A stretch of DNA of 64,000 bases. Origin: Stegostoma tigrinum. Taxonomy: Eukaryota. Positions 1 through 12,735 of this stretch are shown in pieces; the first letter of the stretch is position 1, and each line of letters opens with the position of its first letter. Made by a program: the position numbers and the translations under genes. The stretch spans positions 29,886,062 to 29,950,061 of the forward strand of contig NC_081365.1 in NCBI RefSeq assembly GCF_030684315.1, in the 5' to 3' direction. The notes under the pieces are model-generated. The model was not told the DNA's origin and ran no database searches. It was given only the letters and a program-made list of their open reading frames with translations.

Positions 1-1050
1 TGGTGGTAAGGGAGTTGATGCTTGTGGATGCAGCACCAATCAAGCAGGCTGCTTTATCTTAGATGATGTCAAGCTTTTAGAATATTGTTGGAGCTGCATT
101 CTTCCAGGCAAGTAGTGATAATTCCATCACACTCCTGCTATGTGCCTTGTAAATGATAGGCAGGCTTTGGGGATTCAAGAGGTGAATTACTCACTGCAGT
201 ATTCACGCCTTTGACCTAGTCTAGTAGTTCCTGCGTGTATGTGGCAAGTCCAATTCAGTTTCTGGTCAATGGCAACCCCAAAGATGTTGATAGTGGGGGA
301 TTCAGTGGTGGTAACAACATTGAATATCAAGGGGCAGTGGTTAGATTGTCTCAAACGTGACTTGACACTTGTCAAGCCGAGGCAGGATATCATCCAAATA
401 TCATTGCATTTGAACACTGGCTGCTTCAGTATCCGAGGACTCGCAAATGGCACTGAATATTGTTTGTCGATGACTGCACATCCCTACTTTTGATTTCATG
501 ATGGAGGGAAGGTCATTGATGAAGCATCTGAAGATAGTTGGGCCAAGAGACCACCATGAGGAATTCCTGCAGAGATGTCCCAGAGCCAAAAAACACAAAC
601 ATGCTTCGATATGCCATGTATGACTCTAATCAGTGCACAGACTTTGCTTGATAGCACTGTTGGTGACATTTTCCATCACATTACTGATGATCAAGAGTAA
701 ACTGATGGGGCAGTAATTGGCAGTGTTATATTTGTCCTGCTTTTTGCATATAAGATACATGGATAATTTTCCACACTGTTGGTTAGATGCAGGTGTTCTA
801 ACTGTACCGGAAGAGAATGGGCAGGGGAACAGCACATTCTGGAGCACAAGTCTTCAGGACTATTGCCTGAATTTTATTTTTGGTCAGGTTACATATCCTT
901 TACTCTATCCAGCACCTCCAACTATTTCTTGATTGAATTAGCTCAAGTCTGGTATCTGTGATGCAGGGGACTAGTGGGGAGGCTGAGATGGATCATCTAC
1001 TTGGCACTTAGTTGTTTACTTGTCCATCATTTGTGACTGGATGCGGCAGG
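1..1050 (-). mobile_element. Decayed CR1/L2-like LINE, reverse transcriptase region
   Basis: Minus-strand ORF pieces LGPTIFRCFINDLPS, ANYCPISLL and GVAIDQKLNW match non-LTR RT motifs; many frameshifts. Related copies at 18190-19075 and 46700-47500. Confidence 0.8.
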
Positions 1051-1067
1051 ACTGCAGAGCTTAGGTA

Positions 1068-1690
1068 TGGTCGCAGGAGTCTCATTGTCAGTTCTGGTGC
1101 ATTCCTGACATTCAGTAGTGTGGCCAGTATGTTAGGTCGTCTTGGGTCCTTGACGGACACTGACCACTAGAAATCACAGTAGCACACAAACCCACTGTCA
1201 CACTACGTCAAACACTCAAAGAACCAAAAGATCCCATAACCACGATATGCAGAATCAATGAAGTGTACAAAGTACCATGCAAGACTGCCAAAAACATTAA
1301 ATCAGTCAGTTAGGAAGGTAACCAGCCATTAGCAAAACGAACATTCCCTCATTTCGGTACACTCAGACAACAAAGGCCAATTCAACTGGAACGGCATGAC
1401 CATCCTAACTCAAGACAAGCTCACATCCTAGCTGACCACACACACGCATAGAAACTCAGAGGCCTGGTTCTCCACCAATAATCATATACAAACCTTGGCA
1501 AAAACGAACCAGAAATGCCAACACCTCTACAGATCGGAACACACATACTAAGCAGAGTAGAACTACATTGGTTCATTGGAGGCCACACTGATGATGTTAC
1601 CTAGCATGGTGACGAAACGTCTGAACTACAACCAGCCAGCTCGGCGAGCAAGTCACCCACAATCTAAGCTATGAATCTTCGAAAGAACCT
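1068..1690 (+). mobile_element. Penelope-like element 3' fragment with inverted 5' piece (1068-~1155)
   Basis: Plus strand reads RPLEITVAHKPTVTLRQTL followed by a decayed GIY-YIG region; the upstream part (..ELTMRLLRP) is on the minus strand; ends in a hammerhead-containing terminus. Confidence 0.7.
1588..1621 (+). ncRNA. Minimal hammerhead ribozyme core (PLE-associated)
   Basis: CTGATGA-t-GTTACC-tagcat-GGTGAC-GAAAC-GTC: both conserved core boxes, a 6-bp stem II (one G-U pair) and a GUC cleavage triplet. Confidence 0.75.
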
Positions 1691-1696
1691 TAAGCA

Positions 1697-1912
1697 GTGG
1701 AACAGTGATTAAGTAGTAGTTAAATAATTCAATATTTGTTCAGATCCCGAATTTTGTTTGTATTTTAAATGTGGTATAATAGTAAAGTGGGTTATCCTTT
1801 AAGCCTAGTAGATTGACTAACCAAATCAGGAACACTTGCCTCTAAATAGGATAAAAGTTAGGATCTAGGCTACCTCCTTGACGTTTTGAGATGGTTTGGT
1901 CTGGTCCATAAC
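1697..1912 (+). mobile_element. LTR-like 3' fragment
   Basis: Ends GGTCTGGTCCATAACA; homologous by eye to 9825-10080 (..GATCTGGTCCATAAGA). Confidence 0.5.
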
Positions 1913-2460
1913 ACCAGCATGATCAGTGGTACTGCTGCCAAGCCACTCTTGATGGTGGGCAGTGAATTCCCCCACCCGGAATACAGTAAGTACCTTTGCA
2001 GCCCTCAGTGCTTCCTACAAATGGAGGGGTACTGATTCATCAGCAGAGGGAGAATGGTACATGGTGATCAGCAGGTTTCCTTGCCCATGTTTAACCTGAA
2101 GCCATGAGACTGCATGGGGTCCAGAGTGAATGCTGATAACTCCCAGGGCAACCCCCTCCTAACGTATACTACTGTGATGCCATATCTGCCAGGTCTGTCC
2201 TGCCAGTGGGACAGGACATATCCAGGGATGCTGGCGGTGCAGGGACATAATCTGTAAGGCATGATTGCACGGTTCCTGACTGCATCAGGCTGTGGCTTGA
2301 CTAGTTTGAGAGACAGATCTCCCAATTTTGGCATTAGCTCTGAGATATTAGTAAAAAGGACTTTGCAGGGTTGACAGGGCTGTTTCTGCTAATAGCCTTT
2401 TCTGGTGTCTCAGTGTTTAGTTTCATTTCTTTGTTGAGACTTCGTAGCCATTGATGCAAC
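1913..2460 (-). mobile_element. LINE apurinic-endonuclease-domain fragment, probably the same element as 1-1050
   Basis: ORF 2068..2334 SIPGYVLSHWQDRPGRYGITVVYVR resembles the APE motif IPGY..R.DR...GGG...YV. Confidence 0.65.
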
Positions 2461-4224
2461 TGAGTACAAATGGTCACTGGATAAACATATGGATGACAAT
2501 AGAATAGTGTAGGTTAGATGGGCTTCAAATTGGTTTCACAGGTTGGCGCAACATCAAGGGCTGAAAGGCACTACTGCGCTATAATGTTCTATGTTCTATG
2601 AATGGCTTACTAGGCCACATCCAGACAATAAAAGAATATTCTACTCTATATTCTATATTAAACAGCCAATGGATATTTTAAATTGTAAATACCACCTGCA
2701 GGTGGCCCAAGAGAGAAATAATCCATGGATGCAGCAGCAGCCTCGGCCCCAGACATTTCGTCCCAGCTCAGGGAAGGGCCCCTTCCCAGACAGTACAGCA
2801 GCTTGAGGTATCTGTGTAGCTCAATGTCTGAGGTGTAGCCAAGGTGACTTAGTCCACAGACACCTCTGATTCACCAGCCCAATTCTCCACCACAGCCTCA
2901 GCTCCCATCAACCTGGTGACATCAAAACAAGGGCCCAGACATTTCTTGCAGCAGTGTCTGAGCACATGCAGGGCCTATTCTAGCTATGTAGATATTTACT
3001 CTAATTTTAAATAGCATATACACAGTAGGGGCAAAAGTGTTCTAGGTGTGAAACAAGTGAGCTATGACTAGTGCAAAAGAATAAAGAAATAGGATTCTGA
3101 AATTTCTCCAATAGTATCTCCAATCTCAAAGCCCCATTTCACATTTTCAAATGCATGCACAGCCCATTCTTTCGGTCATACGTTCCTCATCGATCTTTCT
3201 TATTCATTGAGTATGCACTGGCCCCTAGTTTAATTTTACCAATGGTGATAAATCCTTCAACCATCTTACTTCTAGAGTTTGGAAACCGCCTTATCCTACC
3301 AACAATTTTTGTCACCTACTCTAACTCTCATACTTGGATCAAACTCTTCAGTTTTCTTTTTAAAATTCACTCACAAAATGACGGCATCACTGAACAGTCC
3401 AGCATTTACTGCTTATCCCCAATTGCCCAGAGAGCAGTTGAGAGTCAACCATATTGCTATGCATCTGAAGACATGTATAGGCTAGACCAGGTAAGGGTGG
3501 CAGTTTCTTTTCATAAAAGGTATCGGTGAACAAGGTGGGTTTTTTTGAAAATTGACAATAGCTTCTTGGTCATTATGAGGCTCTTAATTCCAGATTTTTA
3601 TTGGATTCAAATTCCACCATCTGCCATGGTAGCGTTTAAACACAGGTCCCCAGAACATTAGTAGGGTCTCTCAATTAATAGTCCAGCGATAATACCACTA
3701 GGCCATCAATTCCCAAAAATTGCTTAGAATATTACGCAATGTTAAAGATAATACAAGTAGCAGTTGTTTATGTTAAACAAAATTAGTTGACTCATTAAGT
3801 TTCTTGATATATGTTAGTCAACTAAAATAAAACTAAAAAATTGCTGGAAACACTCAGCAGGTCTGAAAACATTCGTAGGGAAAGAAACAGTTAACTTTTC
3901 AGGGTAAGGTTTTCACATGTACAGCAAGCACAATATTTTGTTATTGCTTTGGTGTTTAATTCACTGCTATTTCTCTTCCAGGAATGCTGTACTTCCAGAA
4001 GTACAGATCTTCTCTTTGACGAGATTTCAGTTTCTTAGCTTGTTCAGTCTCGTGGCATTCCACTTCCCTTCTTAGGTTTGATGAAGTCCCTTGATATGAA
4101 ATATTAATTCAGTTTCTCTCTTCACAGATGCTATCAGACACAGCATTTGCGTTTTGATTTCACATTTTCATTTTCTACAGCATTTTACTTTAATGGGTCA
4201 ACTGACCAGGAGAAAATATTTACA

Positions 4225-4690
4225 AGGATATTCTCAGGATTGGAGGGTTTAAGTTTTTGGGAGAGGCTGGACCTTTTCTCCCTGGAGCATTGCAGGTTGA
4301 GGGGGTGACCTTATTGAGGTTTATAAAATCACGACAGGCACAGTTAGAGTGAATAGCTAAAGTCTTCTCCCTACGGTGGGTGAGTCCAAAACTAGATAGC
4401 ACTGGTCTAAAACTGAGAGGTGAAAGTTTGAAAAGGACCTGAGGAGTAACTTTTTCCACACTGAGGGTGGTGCCTAAATGGAACGAGCTGCCAAAGGTGC
4501 TGGAACAGGCTGGTATAATTATAAGATTTAAAAGGCATCTGGACAGGTCCACGAACAGGAAGGATTTAAGAGGGAAAAGGGACAAATGCTGGCAAATGGG
4601 ACTAGGTCTGATTGGGACATCTGGTCAGCATGGGCAATTTGGACTGACAAGGTCTGTTTCGATGCCGTTTAACTTTATGACATTGTCTTA
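4225..4690 (+). mobile_element. CR1-like LINE 3' fragment
   Basis: GDLIEVYKI-type and WNELP motifs; FKRHLD (ORF 4467..4691). Confidence 0.75.
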
Positions 4691-4766
4691 ATCAAACCGA
4701 CACTACCGTATTTTTTATTTTAAAAATGACAGATATAAAATAGCTGCCAAAAATATATCAACTAAC

Positions 4767-4939
4767 CTGTGACGGTGGAACACTATTAACATCTCTTTGG
4801 CTAGAATGATCCTGAAGGTCAGTACATAATCTTTTCTTCTTAGGGCTTGCAAGTGCTGATTCTGTTGATGTGTCTTTATTAATTTTATTCTCTTCCCACA
4901 ACTGGCCTTTTTTTTCTGTCTGTTCTATTGCACAAATAC
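4767..4939 (-). CDS. SENP7: SENP7 coding exon (last found in the window), phase 1 to 0
   Basis: Acceptor ttttttttgctctcag, donor gttagt; 173 nt; (G)ICAIEQTEKKGQLWEENKINKDTSTESALASPKKKRLCTDLQDHSSQRDVNSVPPSQ with an NLS-like PKKKR; phase matches upstream exons. Confidence 0.7.
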
Positions 4940-5134
4940 CTGAGAGCAAAAAAAACAATATTTTACAGTTTTCTACATAAACCATTTTTATTTAACTTCA
5001 AATAATCAAAATGCTTTTCAAGTACTGATATCAATCAATGGTATCCATTCTGCAGGCGTACTAGATTTCATAAGTTCAAAAGCTCGCAGAACTAACAGGA
5101 GGCCAAAGATAGCTGATCAAAACCAATTACTTAC

Positions 5135-5167
5135 CGGACTGGTTGTTTGAGAAATTAAATACAAAAC
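5135..5167 (-). CDS. SENP7: Candidate 33-nt SENP7 micro-exon, phase 1 to 1
   Basis: Acceptor cgttttgtag, consensus donor ccg|gtaagt; in frame (G)FVFNFSNNQS(G). Confidence 0.45.
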
Positions 5168-6059
5168 CTACAAAACGTAGGTCAAAGCATTTGAAAGATT
5201 GCTGTTCAATGAGCACAACAGCCTGTTGCGTGGTGGACATGGTTGAGATGGCAGAAGTTATACACACAGAAATTCTGATTACCCTCGGTCTTCTGTAGGT
5301 TTACCCACTTATCCGTCAACAACTTTTCTGGCCAGAAATCCGAGTATGGCCTTCTCCATATGCAGAGGAAATCAAGGAAATCCCATTCAGCATAGCAGTA
5401 ACGACGCAGGCCAAGTCACAAACTTTTTCATAATTCACCATTTACAGCTCATTTCAGCAGTTTAAATAATTCAAAAGACCCTAAAGCCATACCTACAGAC
5501 GGAGGAAATTTTTGTGGAGAGGGCCGTCATAGATGGCTGGATGGGATTGTCAGGTTTTCAATTTTCCAGCAATTCCCTTGAAGTCAGCTGCAACATTCAA
5601 CTTCAGTCCATATCGCAAAAAAGACTATCTGGCTTTTGGAATATCTACATAAACATCTTTAATGAGGAACCACGGACGGCATACAGAGAGGCATGGTGAC
5701 AATAGGATCAGGGTTTAAGGCACGGCCAGAACATGTACGTCACTTCTGTCGATAAGATGGTACCTCCTCAGTGACCCAAATGAGGAGTTCGGCATCACTT
5801 CACTCAAATTGTAACCAGAAATTGAGCTTCCTTTCCTGAAATGTGTTTTCACTGCGGACACTTCAATGGAACTTCATCTGAAACTAGCAAAACCTATCTC
5901 ACTGTAAATGAAGTGACATTATGTAAAAGACTTTTGAATGGTAGCATAGATTTACAAACTATTCATCCATCTCAGGGCCAAGGTTTGAATTTGAATAGTT
6001 TGGAAATATTGCACATATCCTTCTCCCTTAGGACTGAAAACACCTAGCTATTAAAAAAA

Positions 6060-6790
6060 GTATATGACGGAGAAATTCAGTAAGCCTGGCAGTATCTGTT
6101 TATCTGGCCACACAGTTAATGTTTCAGGATTGAAAGGGTCTGGAAAATAGTGGTTTTTCCTTTGTTGACAGAGGGGGAGGTGATGTGAATGGAACATACA
6201 GAAGACAAAGGAAGTGCTTTTAATCAAAAATAAGAGGGCACAGTTCAATGTCTACAGCAGTGAACTCCATGTTGAGTCCTGAAGATTGTAAAGTGCCCAA
6301 GTAGGAAAAGAGGTACTGTTCCTCTCTGTTGTGTTGAGCTCTGCTGGGAGACCGCACAGACACAGGACAGGCATCTTAGCATGGGAAAGAGATTTGAAGG
6401 TCCAGGTCATTCCTCTTCCTCCGTAACTACCCCAACCTACCAGAATCTTGTTGACTCTGTTCTCACTACAGCAGACCCAGTTTCTGCTTTCGCCCATGGT
6501 TGTTCAGTTCTATTTACAGTTCTATTACAACTCAATCTCATCTTCACTACTATAAATACTTCCTTTGCCTTTTGGTCTGGGCACCCTCCTTCTGTTCCAC
6601 TCGTTTTTTCTCCCCCCTGCTGTCAACAGCAAAACAACAGCACCATTTTCCATCCTCTTTCAGTTTCAAATTTCAGTTCTTCGTCAAATTTGAAAAGCCA
6701 CCACTTTCTCTCTCCAGAGACACTAGCAGTCCTGCTCAGTTTCTCCAACTGACTTTTTATTTCGGATCTCCTATATTCTCAATATTTTGC
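6060..6790. mobile_element. Old Penelope-like terminal fragments in inverted arrangement
   Basis: cagttaatgtttcagg at ~6112 and ctgctcagtttctccaac...ttttatttcggatctcc at ~6730-6770 resemble decayed PLE termini seen elsewhere in the window. Confidence 0.4.
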
Positions 6791-7895
6791 TTTTATCTAA
6801 CTATAAAATGCTCACCTAATCTAATCAGCACTAGGAGACAGTTAAACCATGTCAAAAACAAACGTAGCATTAAGTGATGCAGTGAAGAGAGGTCACACAG
6901 GCAGCTCACTTTCAGAATAGCAAATTTTACTTGTGCAGGAGAATAAGATTGAGCTAATTGAAAGTCTGTTCAAAATCAAGGCACCACAATGTTGCAACTG
7001 ATTTTCTGAAATGACTTCTGATTCTAAAACTTGTTTGAAATGAGGCTTTTATATAATACATAAAGACATGGAAAAATAGTCCAACAATGCTGTACTTTCA
7101 AATTCGCTTTTACGTTTAACCAGTGGCTATAAAAGGGATTGTGGAGTGAACATTACATGCCCCTGTGCATTATGTTTCAGCAGGGGGGCACTAAGTGGGC
7201 CAGAAACCTAACCCACCACATTCCCAACCACTTCTGAGCTAACCTTCTTAACACCGAGGTTGACCAAGTGCCAAAACCAACAGCAGGTTATGGATACGGC
7301 AATGGCATGGACTTCTTCTAGGTCCATCAATTCAACGCTGACTTTCTTTCCAAGGAAGATGGGTTGAAGGAGCAGCTTACTGCTACCTCCCACCCCCAGG
7401 TCTCCCTGCTCACTTACAGTTCTCAAAATCCTTCAACATACTGCATATTCCCTTGCCTTGTTTTCTCTCTATGAATACGATAAGCTGCCCCAGATTGAAA
7501 TTGACCTTGTTTTTCTGCCCACCTAACCAGTCCATTGATACCTTCCTACAGCCTACAGCTTTCTTCTTCAATACCAACCAGAGAGTCAATTTCTGTATCA
7601 TTTGCAAAATGCTTACTCATGCTCCCTATGCTCATGTCTAAACCAATGGAGTACAGATAAATTCACGGCTGCAAGTTCCATGTTTGTTAAAGAAATAACT
7701 GATTAAGAATTAGCCATGTATAGATGCTTCCCAAATTAATCATTAAATTGGTACTACTTTTTAGGACAGTAAGTTGACACTAGGTTTTGGTGTCAATAAC
7801 ACTTCTGGACCACAGTTCTCTTTCAAAAGAAAAAAGTGCAATACAAATAATCAGAATTAGTGCATCAACATACCAGATAATTTAATACTACACAC

Positions 7896-8011
7896 CTCTA
7901 TCCTCTTTCCCAGATATTCTTCTGGATGATGTACTAGTTTCCTTTGCTCTGGTTACATTTTCGCTCTGTTTCGAGATATTACATTCTGATCTCTTCTCAC
8001 ACTGCACTCCC
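7896..8011 (-). CDS. SENP7: SENP7 coding exon, phase 2 to 1
   Basis: Acceptor cttctctgttccag, donor gag|gtgtgt; 116 nt; (R)GVQCEKRSECNISKQSENVTRAKETSTSSRRISGKEDR(G). It is the only candidate I found that bridges the phase-2 donor at 22449 to the phase-1 acceptors downstream. Confidence 0.65.
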
Positions 8012-9429
8012 CTGGAACAGAGAAGTTGATGTAATTACCTCTGCAAAAGGTATCAATTCTCAAATTAACATTGTATGTGACTGATATGTTTATGAATCAT
8101 GGTCCTTTCAACTTTTTACGTGACCACAAAGTAATTTGAAAGGGCAGCTTGTGTTTGGCCTGCGCAGAAGCATGTAAGTAGCTGTGTAGCTTAGAGGAAA
8201 CATTGGTCATCACCAATGTTAAATATTGGAAGAGACTGTTTTGCTTTCATTACCATCCCAATAACAGCTTTCACTATCATTGCTCCAGCAAAATAGACAG
8301 TAGCCTCTGGTGGGCACACAAGTATATTTTAATGCAAAAATCCAGGAGTTATAGTCAGTCAGTAATTTGCTGCTTCTCCAAAGAATATTTTGTATAGGCA
8401 TTCAACATACCACAATGAATTGAATACCAACTGAGTTAACAAGAACTTTAACTCTTAGCCAGTTTGTCGCACTGTAAAATCTTAGGAAAATATACCTTGT
8501 TAAATGTAGTGCAACTTTATTTTTGTTAAAATAAAACAGCAAAACAACATCAGAATAAAGTGCTAAACATCCCAGTCATTGATGGTCTAAAGAAGCTAAC
8601 TTAATCTTTAAAAGGAACAAATTCCCCTGAGAATTTTAGCAACTTCACATTTTATTTACTCTGGCTTCATTGTCTTATAGTCTATCTTAATTCAACCTTA
8701 AATGATTTCCCCTCTCAAATCTAACATTTACATTAAACCAAAGAAAATGCTTTTTTGGCTCACTGGTTATGAATTCTTCAATGTGAAAAGCTGCTCACTT
8801 GCTTGCTATCATCTCTGTTGCTGCACATCAATAGATCTCAGTGATTGGCTACAAATTTAAAGTGTCATTGGGAAATGATAAAGTACCTCGAAAGTGATCA
8901 CTTATTTTCGTAGCAGTTTTATTCTTATAAAATCAACAGCAAAATCCATTAACAACAAAATTTGGGCCAATAAATACATTGCAATACTAGAGATATTCAA
9001 TTTTTACATAGCAATCATCCAATTGAATACTATAGATCTGCTAATGAATTATTTTGAACTTTTTTTTAAAAAAGGACTTAATTAATATTAATGAGAAATA
9101 AAGCAAAGTTATCAGCAGTACACTGTCTATTTTTGTGCGATAAGAGTTGCATGTAATAGGGAGCAATTCAACTGTGCCTGAAAATTGTTTTGGGTACAAG
9201 GTGAACCTGTTGAATTGTGATGCAGAAGACAGCAATTGCAAAAATAAAAACTAATTAGAAGGTGAAGTATGTAAGGAACACAGAGGTCAAGATGCAAATT
9301 TGTGAGGTGGAGCTGGCAAAATAGTCATGTCATTAGAAAAGCAATCCAGAATATCAAGCTAATATTCTGGGGCATATGTCTGAATTCCACCACTGCAAAT
9401 AGTGAACTTTCAAGTCAATTTGAGATGAT

Positions 9430-10080
9430 ATTATCACTTTAAGAGGTTTTTTTAATCCTGTTTTTGATTTGAAGAGAGGATGTAAAGCAAAGTGCCGAGC
9501 TGGCGACTGAGGCCACTGGAGTAAACAGATTGGGAGGCCTCGAACTTCTTTCAAACAAACAAACAAACAAAACAAAAAAAAACCAACAGCCTGAATGGCT
9601 GTGACCAATTCTCACATTAAGATTTCTCGGTTTTGGTTTCTTGTAATATCAAAAGCTATTGGAATCTCAACACAGTTGGAAGCCTTACGAATATCTCCCA
9701 GCTGCTACTCTGAATTTTCTCCTGATTTTTTTCTCCCCCCTCCTGGATTGAAGAACCGCATGTGAGAATCTGTATCCGAATTTTCTTCTTTTGCCAAGGG
9801 AGTGTTTATGGGATGTTACCATTTTGGAACAGTTAATTAGTAATAGTTGCTGTATCAATTATTCTGTTAAGTTTTCCAATAGAGTTGCTATTCTAAATTC
9901 TTTTCTTTGGTTGTACTTTAAAACTACAGAATTTAAATAAATTGTATTTTACTTAGCTTTAAGTAGTTTGACGGTCTCACTGCATCAGGAATAGACATGT
10001 TATATTTGCCTTCAAAATAAGGAAACATTAGGGTTTTGGCTACCCTAAAATATTTGAAAAGGTCTGATCTGGTCCATAAG
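9430..10080 (+). mobile_element. Probable solo LTR
   Basis: 3' end ..GATCTGGTCCATAAGA shared with 1697-1912; internal AATAAA; left boundary uncertain. Confidence 0.45.
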
Positions 10081-12277
10081 AATTTTTTCTTTAAAACACA
10101 GAATAAGATACCCTAATGATGGCCACTGTTGACTGATAGACAAACTCATCTGGTTCCCTAAATCCTTTTGGGAAAGGAACCTACGTTAACTAGTCTACCT
10201 ACATGTGACTCCAGACTCACAGCAATGTAATTGACTTTAATTGTCCTTTGGGTAATTAGGTAATTAGCAATGGGCAATAAATGCTAGCCTTGCCCATAAA
10301 TGAATTTAAGAAAAAAAATACAAGATTCAAGAAAAGAAAATAAATCGTAAAGGAAAGTCATAAAGGTCAATTCCAAGTAGGGTAACGAAGAGGAAAGAGC
10401 TTTTGCTGGAACAGAAAATCACAAAGGAGAGTAACAGCATTAAATTTCAACAAAGAGGGGAAAACAAAATAAGCTACACAGACTGGAATGCTCAACATTT
10501 GGAAAACAAACTGTGGGAATTAAAAGAAAAATATCACAGCAGGATTGGATCTAACAGTGTTTGCAGGAGCTTGGCTGCAATTTGGGAAAGTGTGTTATTA
10601 ATCATGTAGTGTCACAATATTTTAAGACAATCAAAGTAATGAGAGACAAGGGGAGTGCCAACTTTGGAGAAGGAAAGAATACTGTTGGGAACAAATATGA
10701 AAATGGAATCAACATTGTTTGAGTTTAACAGATGAGGAACTTGCAATGGAGACCCACACAACCGTGTGTCTGTGTGTGCTAAGTGCATCAGAGAGGAAGG
10801 GAAATTTGTTGACAGTTCAGAGATGAACAGGAGCAAAAAAAATACTGTAAGAAGTTTAATTATCAGCATGATTGTGATGGGGTGGGAATCAAAATCTTAA
10901 GTTGTAGATAGTGATCAAATTAGCAAAAGTTAAAGCAAGCTAACCAAGTACATAGGAAGTAACAAAAGTCAAATCATTTGAAAAATGATACCTCGACAAA
11001 TGTAGTGTAACTTTGTTTTGTTTTAGAAAGTCCATCAAAATAAAATGCTAAACATCCCAATTAACAATGGACCGGAGAAGCTAATTTAATCTTTAAGGAA
11101 CGTCAATTTCCCTGAGAACGAACAACTTCGCATCTTACTTATTTTGGTTTTAGCTATTTTCTTAATTAGGATTTCATTTAATCTTTAAAGGAATGTTAAA
11201 TTTCCATGGGCAGGAAAAGGCAATGCCTACAAAGTTGGTGGGAAAAAAATAACATGGGCGTTGAAGTGGGAGAATTGTAACTGTGCTTGTAATACGTAGA
11301 CTGTAACCTGTATAAAGCTTGGAGGAGTTCTGTAATTTGGCAAAGCAAGCATGTTAAAGCCTCTCTCCATGCACGCATGAAATAAATTATCTTCATCTGT
11401 TCCACTGGAGTCCTCTATCAGTTTGGAAAGCATCGTTACGACAGCTTGGCATAGTCAGCAAGATTTTGTGCCAAACTCTTGGGGTAACACTGCATTTGGG
11501 GGAGTAGGTTTTTGTTTAACCCCCATAGTTACAGCATAGAGTTGCATGGACAGATGTGAATGCGATATAAAGAATGTGAAGGAGAACTCAGGATAAGAGA
11601 TGCTGGATGAGAAAATAGCTCTCGGCTGGCACGTCAGGAGAGTATCAGGTAACCAAAGCCAAAAAGCTACACAGAGAGGTCAGACCCCTCAGGAACAACT
11701 AGCGAGACAGCAAGTCAAAGCTGGGCTGATCAGAAAGATAGGATAGTGCTAGCATGGAAAATAAATTACTCATATTAGAGTCAAGCAGGATAAAGTTGGT
11801 GAAACAGGAAAGGCTATAAACTTCAAGAAGTCTTCAAGGGCTCCATCATCAGGTTTATAGCAGAACAGTTGAAGTGATTAAGAGGGTGCTAAAAGAAGAG
11901 TGAAATCCACAGGGAATTGCTGGGAAACAAATTTTGATGGATGGATCAGAAGGAGGATAAAACAAAGAACAGGAGTGGGAAAGCGATCATCAGCACCTTC
12001 TAGCCTTACAGGATTCTACATCAACTCCACCACACTCCTGCAGCAGGCTTGAGGGGAACCAACTGGCCTACTCAAGGTTGCTTATGCTGTCTGCATTTTA
12101 AGTTTATAAATTGCTGAGAATCAAACAAAATTTCACATCCTTTATTGCCCATGCAGCTCTGACAGCACATAATAAGTGTAGTAAAACATTAAAAGAAAGC
12201 ATCAGCTAAATGCCATACATGTGATGAGCAGGCCTATCAGTATCCTAATGGAACTGTGGGCAATACCGAGAAAGGGA

Positions 12278-12409
12278 GAATGGGAACTGATGCTGGTGAA
12301 TCCGAGATAACAAAGTGTAGAGCTGGATGAACACAGCAGGCCAAGCAAGGCCTGAAACATCAGCTTCTGTGCTCCTAAGATGCTGCTTGGCCTGCTGTGT
12401 TCATCCAGA
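12278..12409. mobile_element. PLE-terminus fold-back element (internally deleted)
   Basis: ctggatgaacacagcaggccaagca ... tgcttggcctgctgtgttcatccag inverted arms; flanked by agaaaggga direct repeat. Confidence 0.7.
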
Positions 12410-12489
12410 AAGGGAACTAGATTAACCTAATTTGAGTTAATGCTAGAAAGGACGAGGAGATTGCCAGGGAACAACTGATAACAGTGGAG

Positions 12490-12735
12490 GAGAACCTACT
12501 TTTCCCAAAGAGTTGTGAAATCTGTGGAATTCACTACCCCAAAGTGCGATGGACGCTGGGAAAGTGAGTAAATTTAAGAAGTAGTTAGGTTCTTAATTGG
12601 TAATGGATTGAAGGGTTAAGGGGAGAAGGCAGAAAAATGGGGGTGAGGAGCATATAAGCCATAAATCGAATGGCAGAGCAGATTTCAATGAGCCAAGTGG
12701 CCTAATTCTGCCCCTATACATCTTATGAACTTATG
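12490..12735 (+). mobile_element. CR1-like LINE 3' fragment
   Basis: agagttgtgaaatctgtggaattcactaccc (LWNSLP) followed by a typical CR1 3' UTR. Confidence 0.65.
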
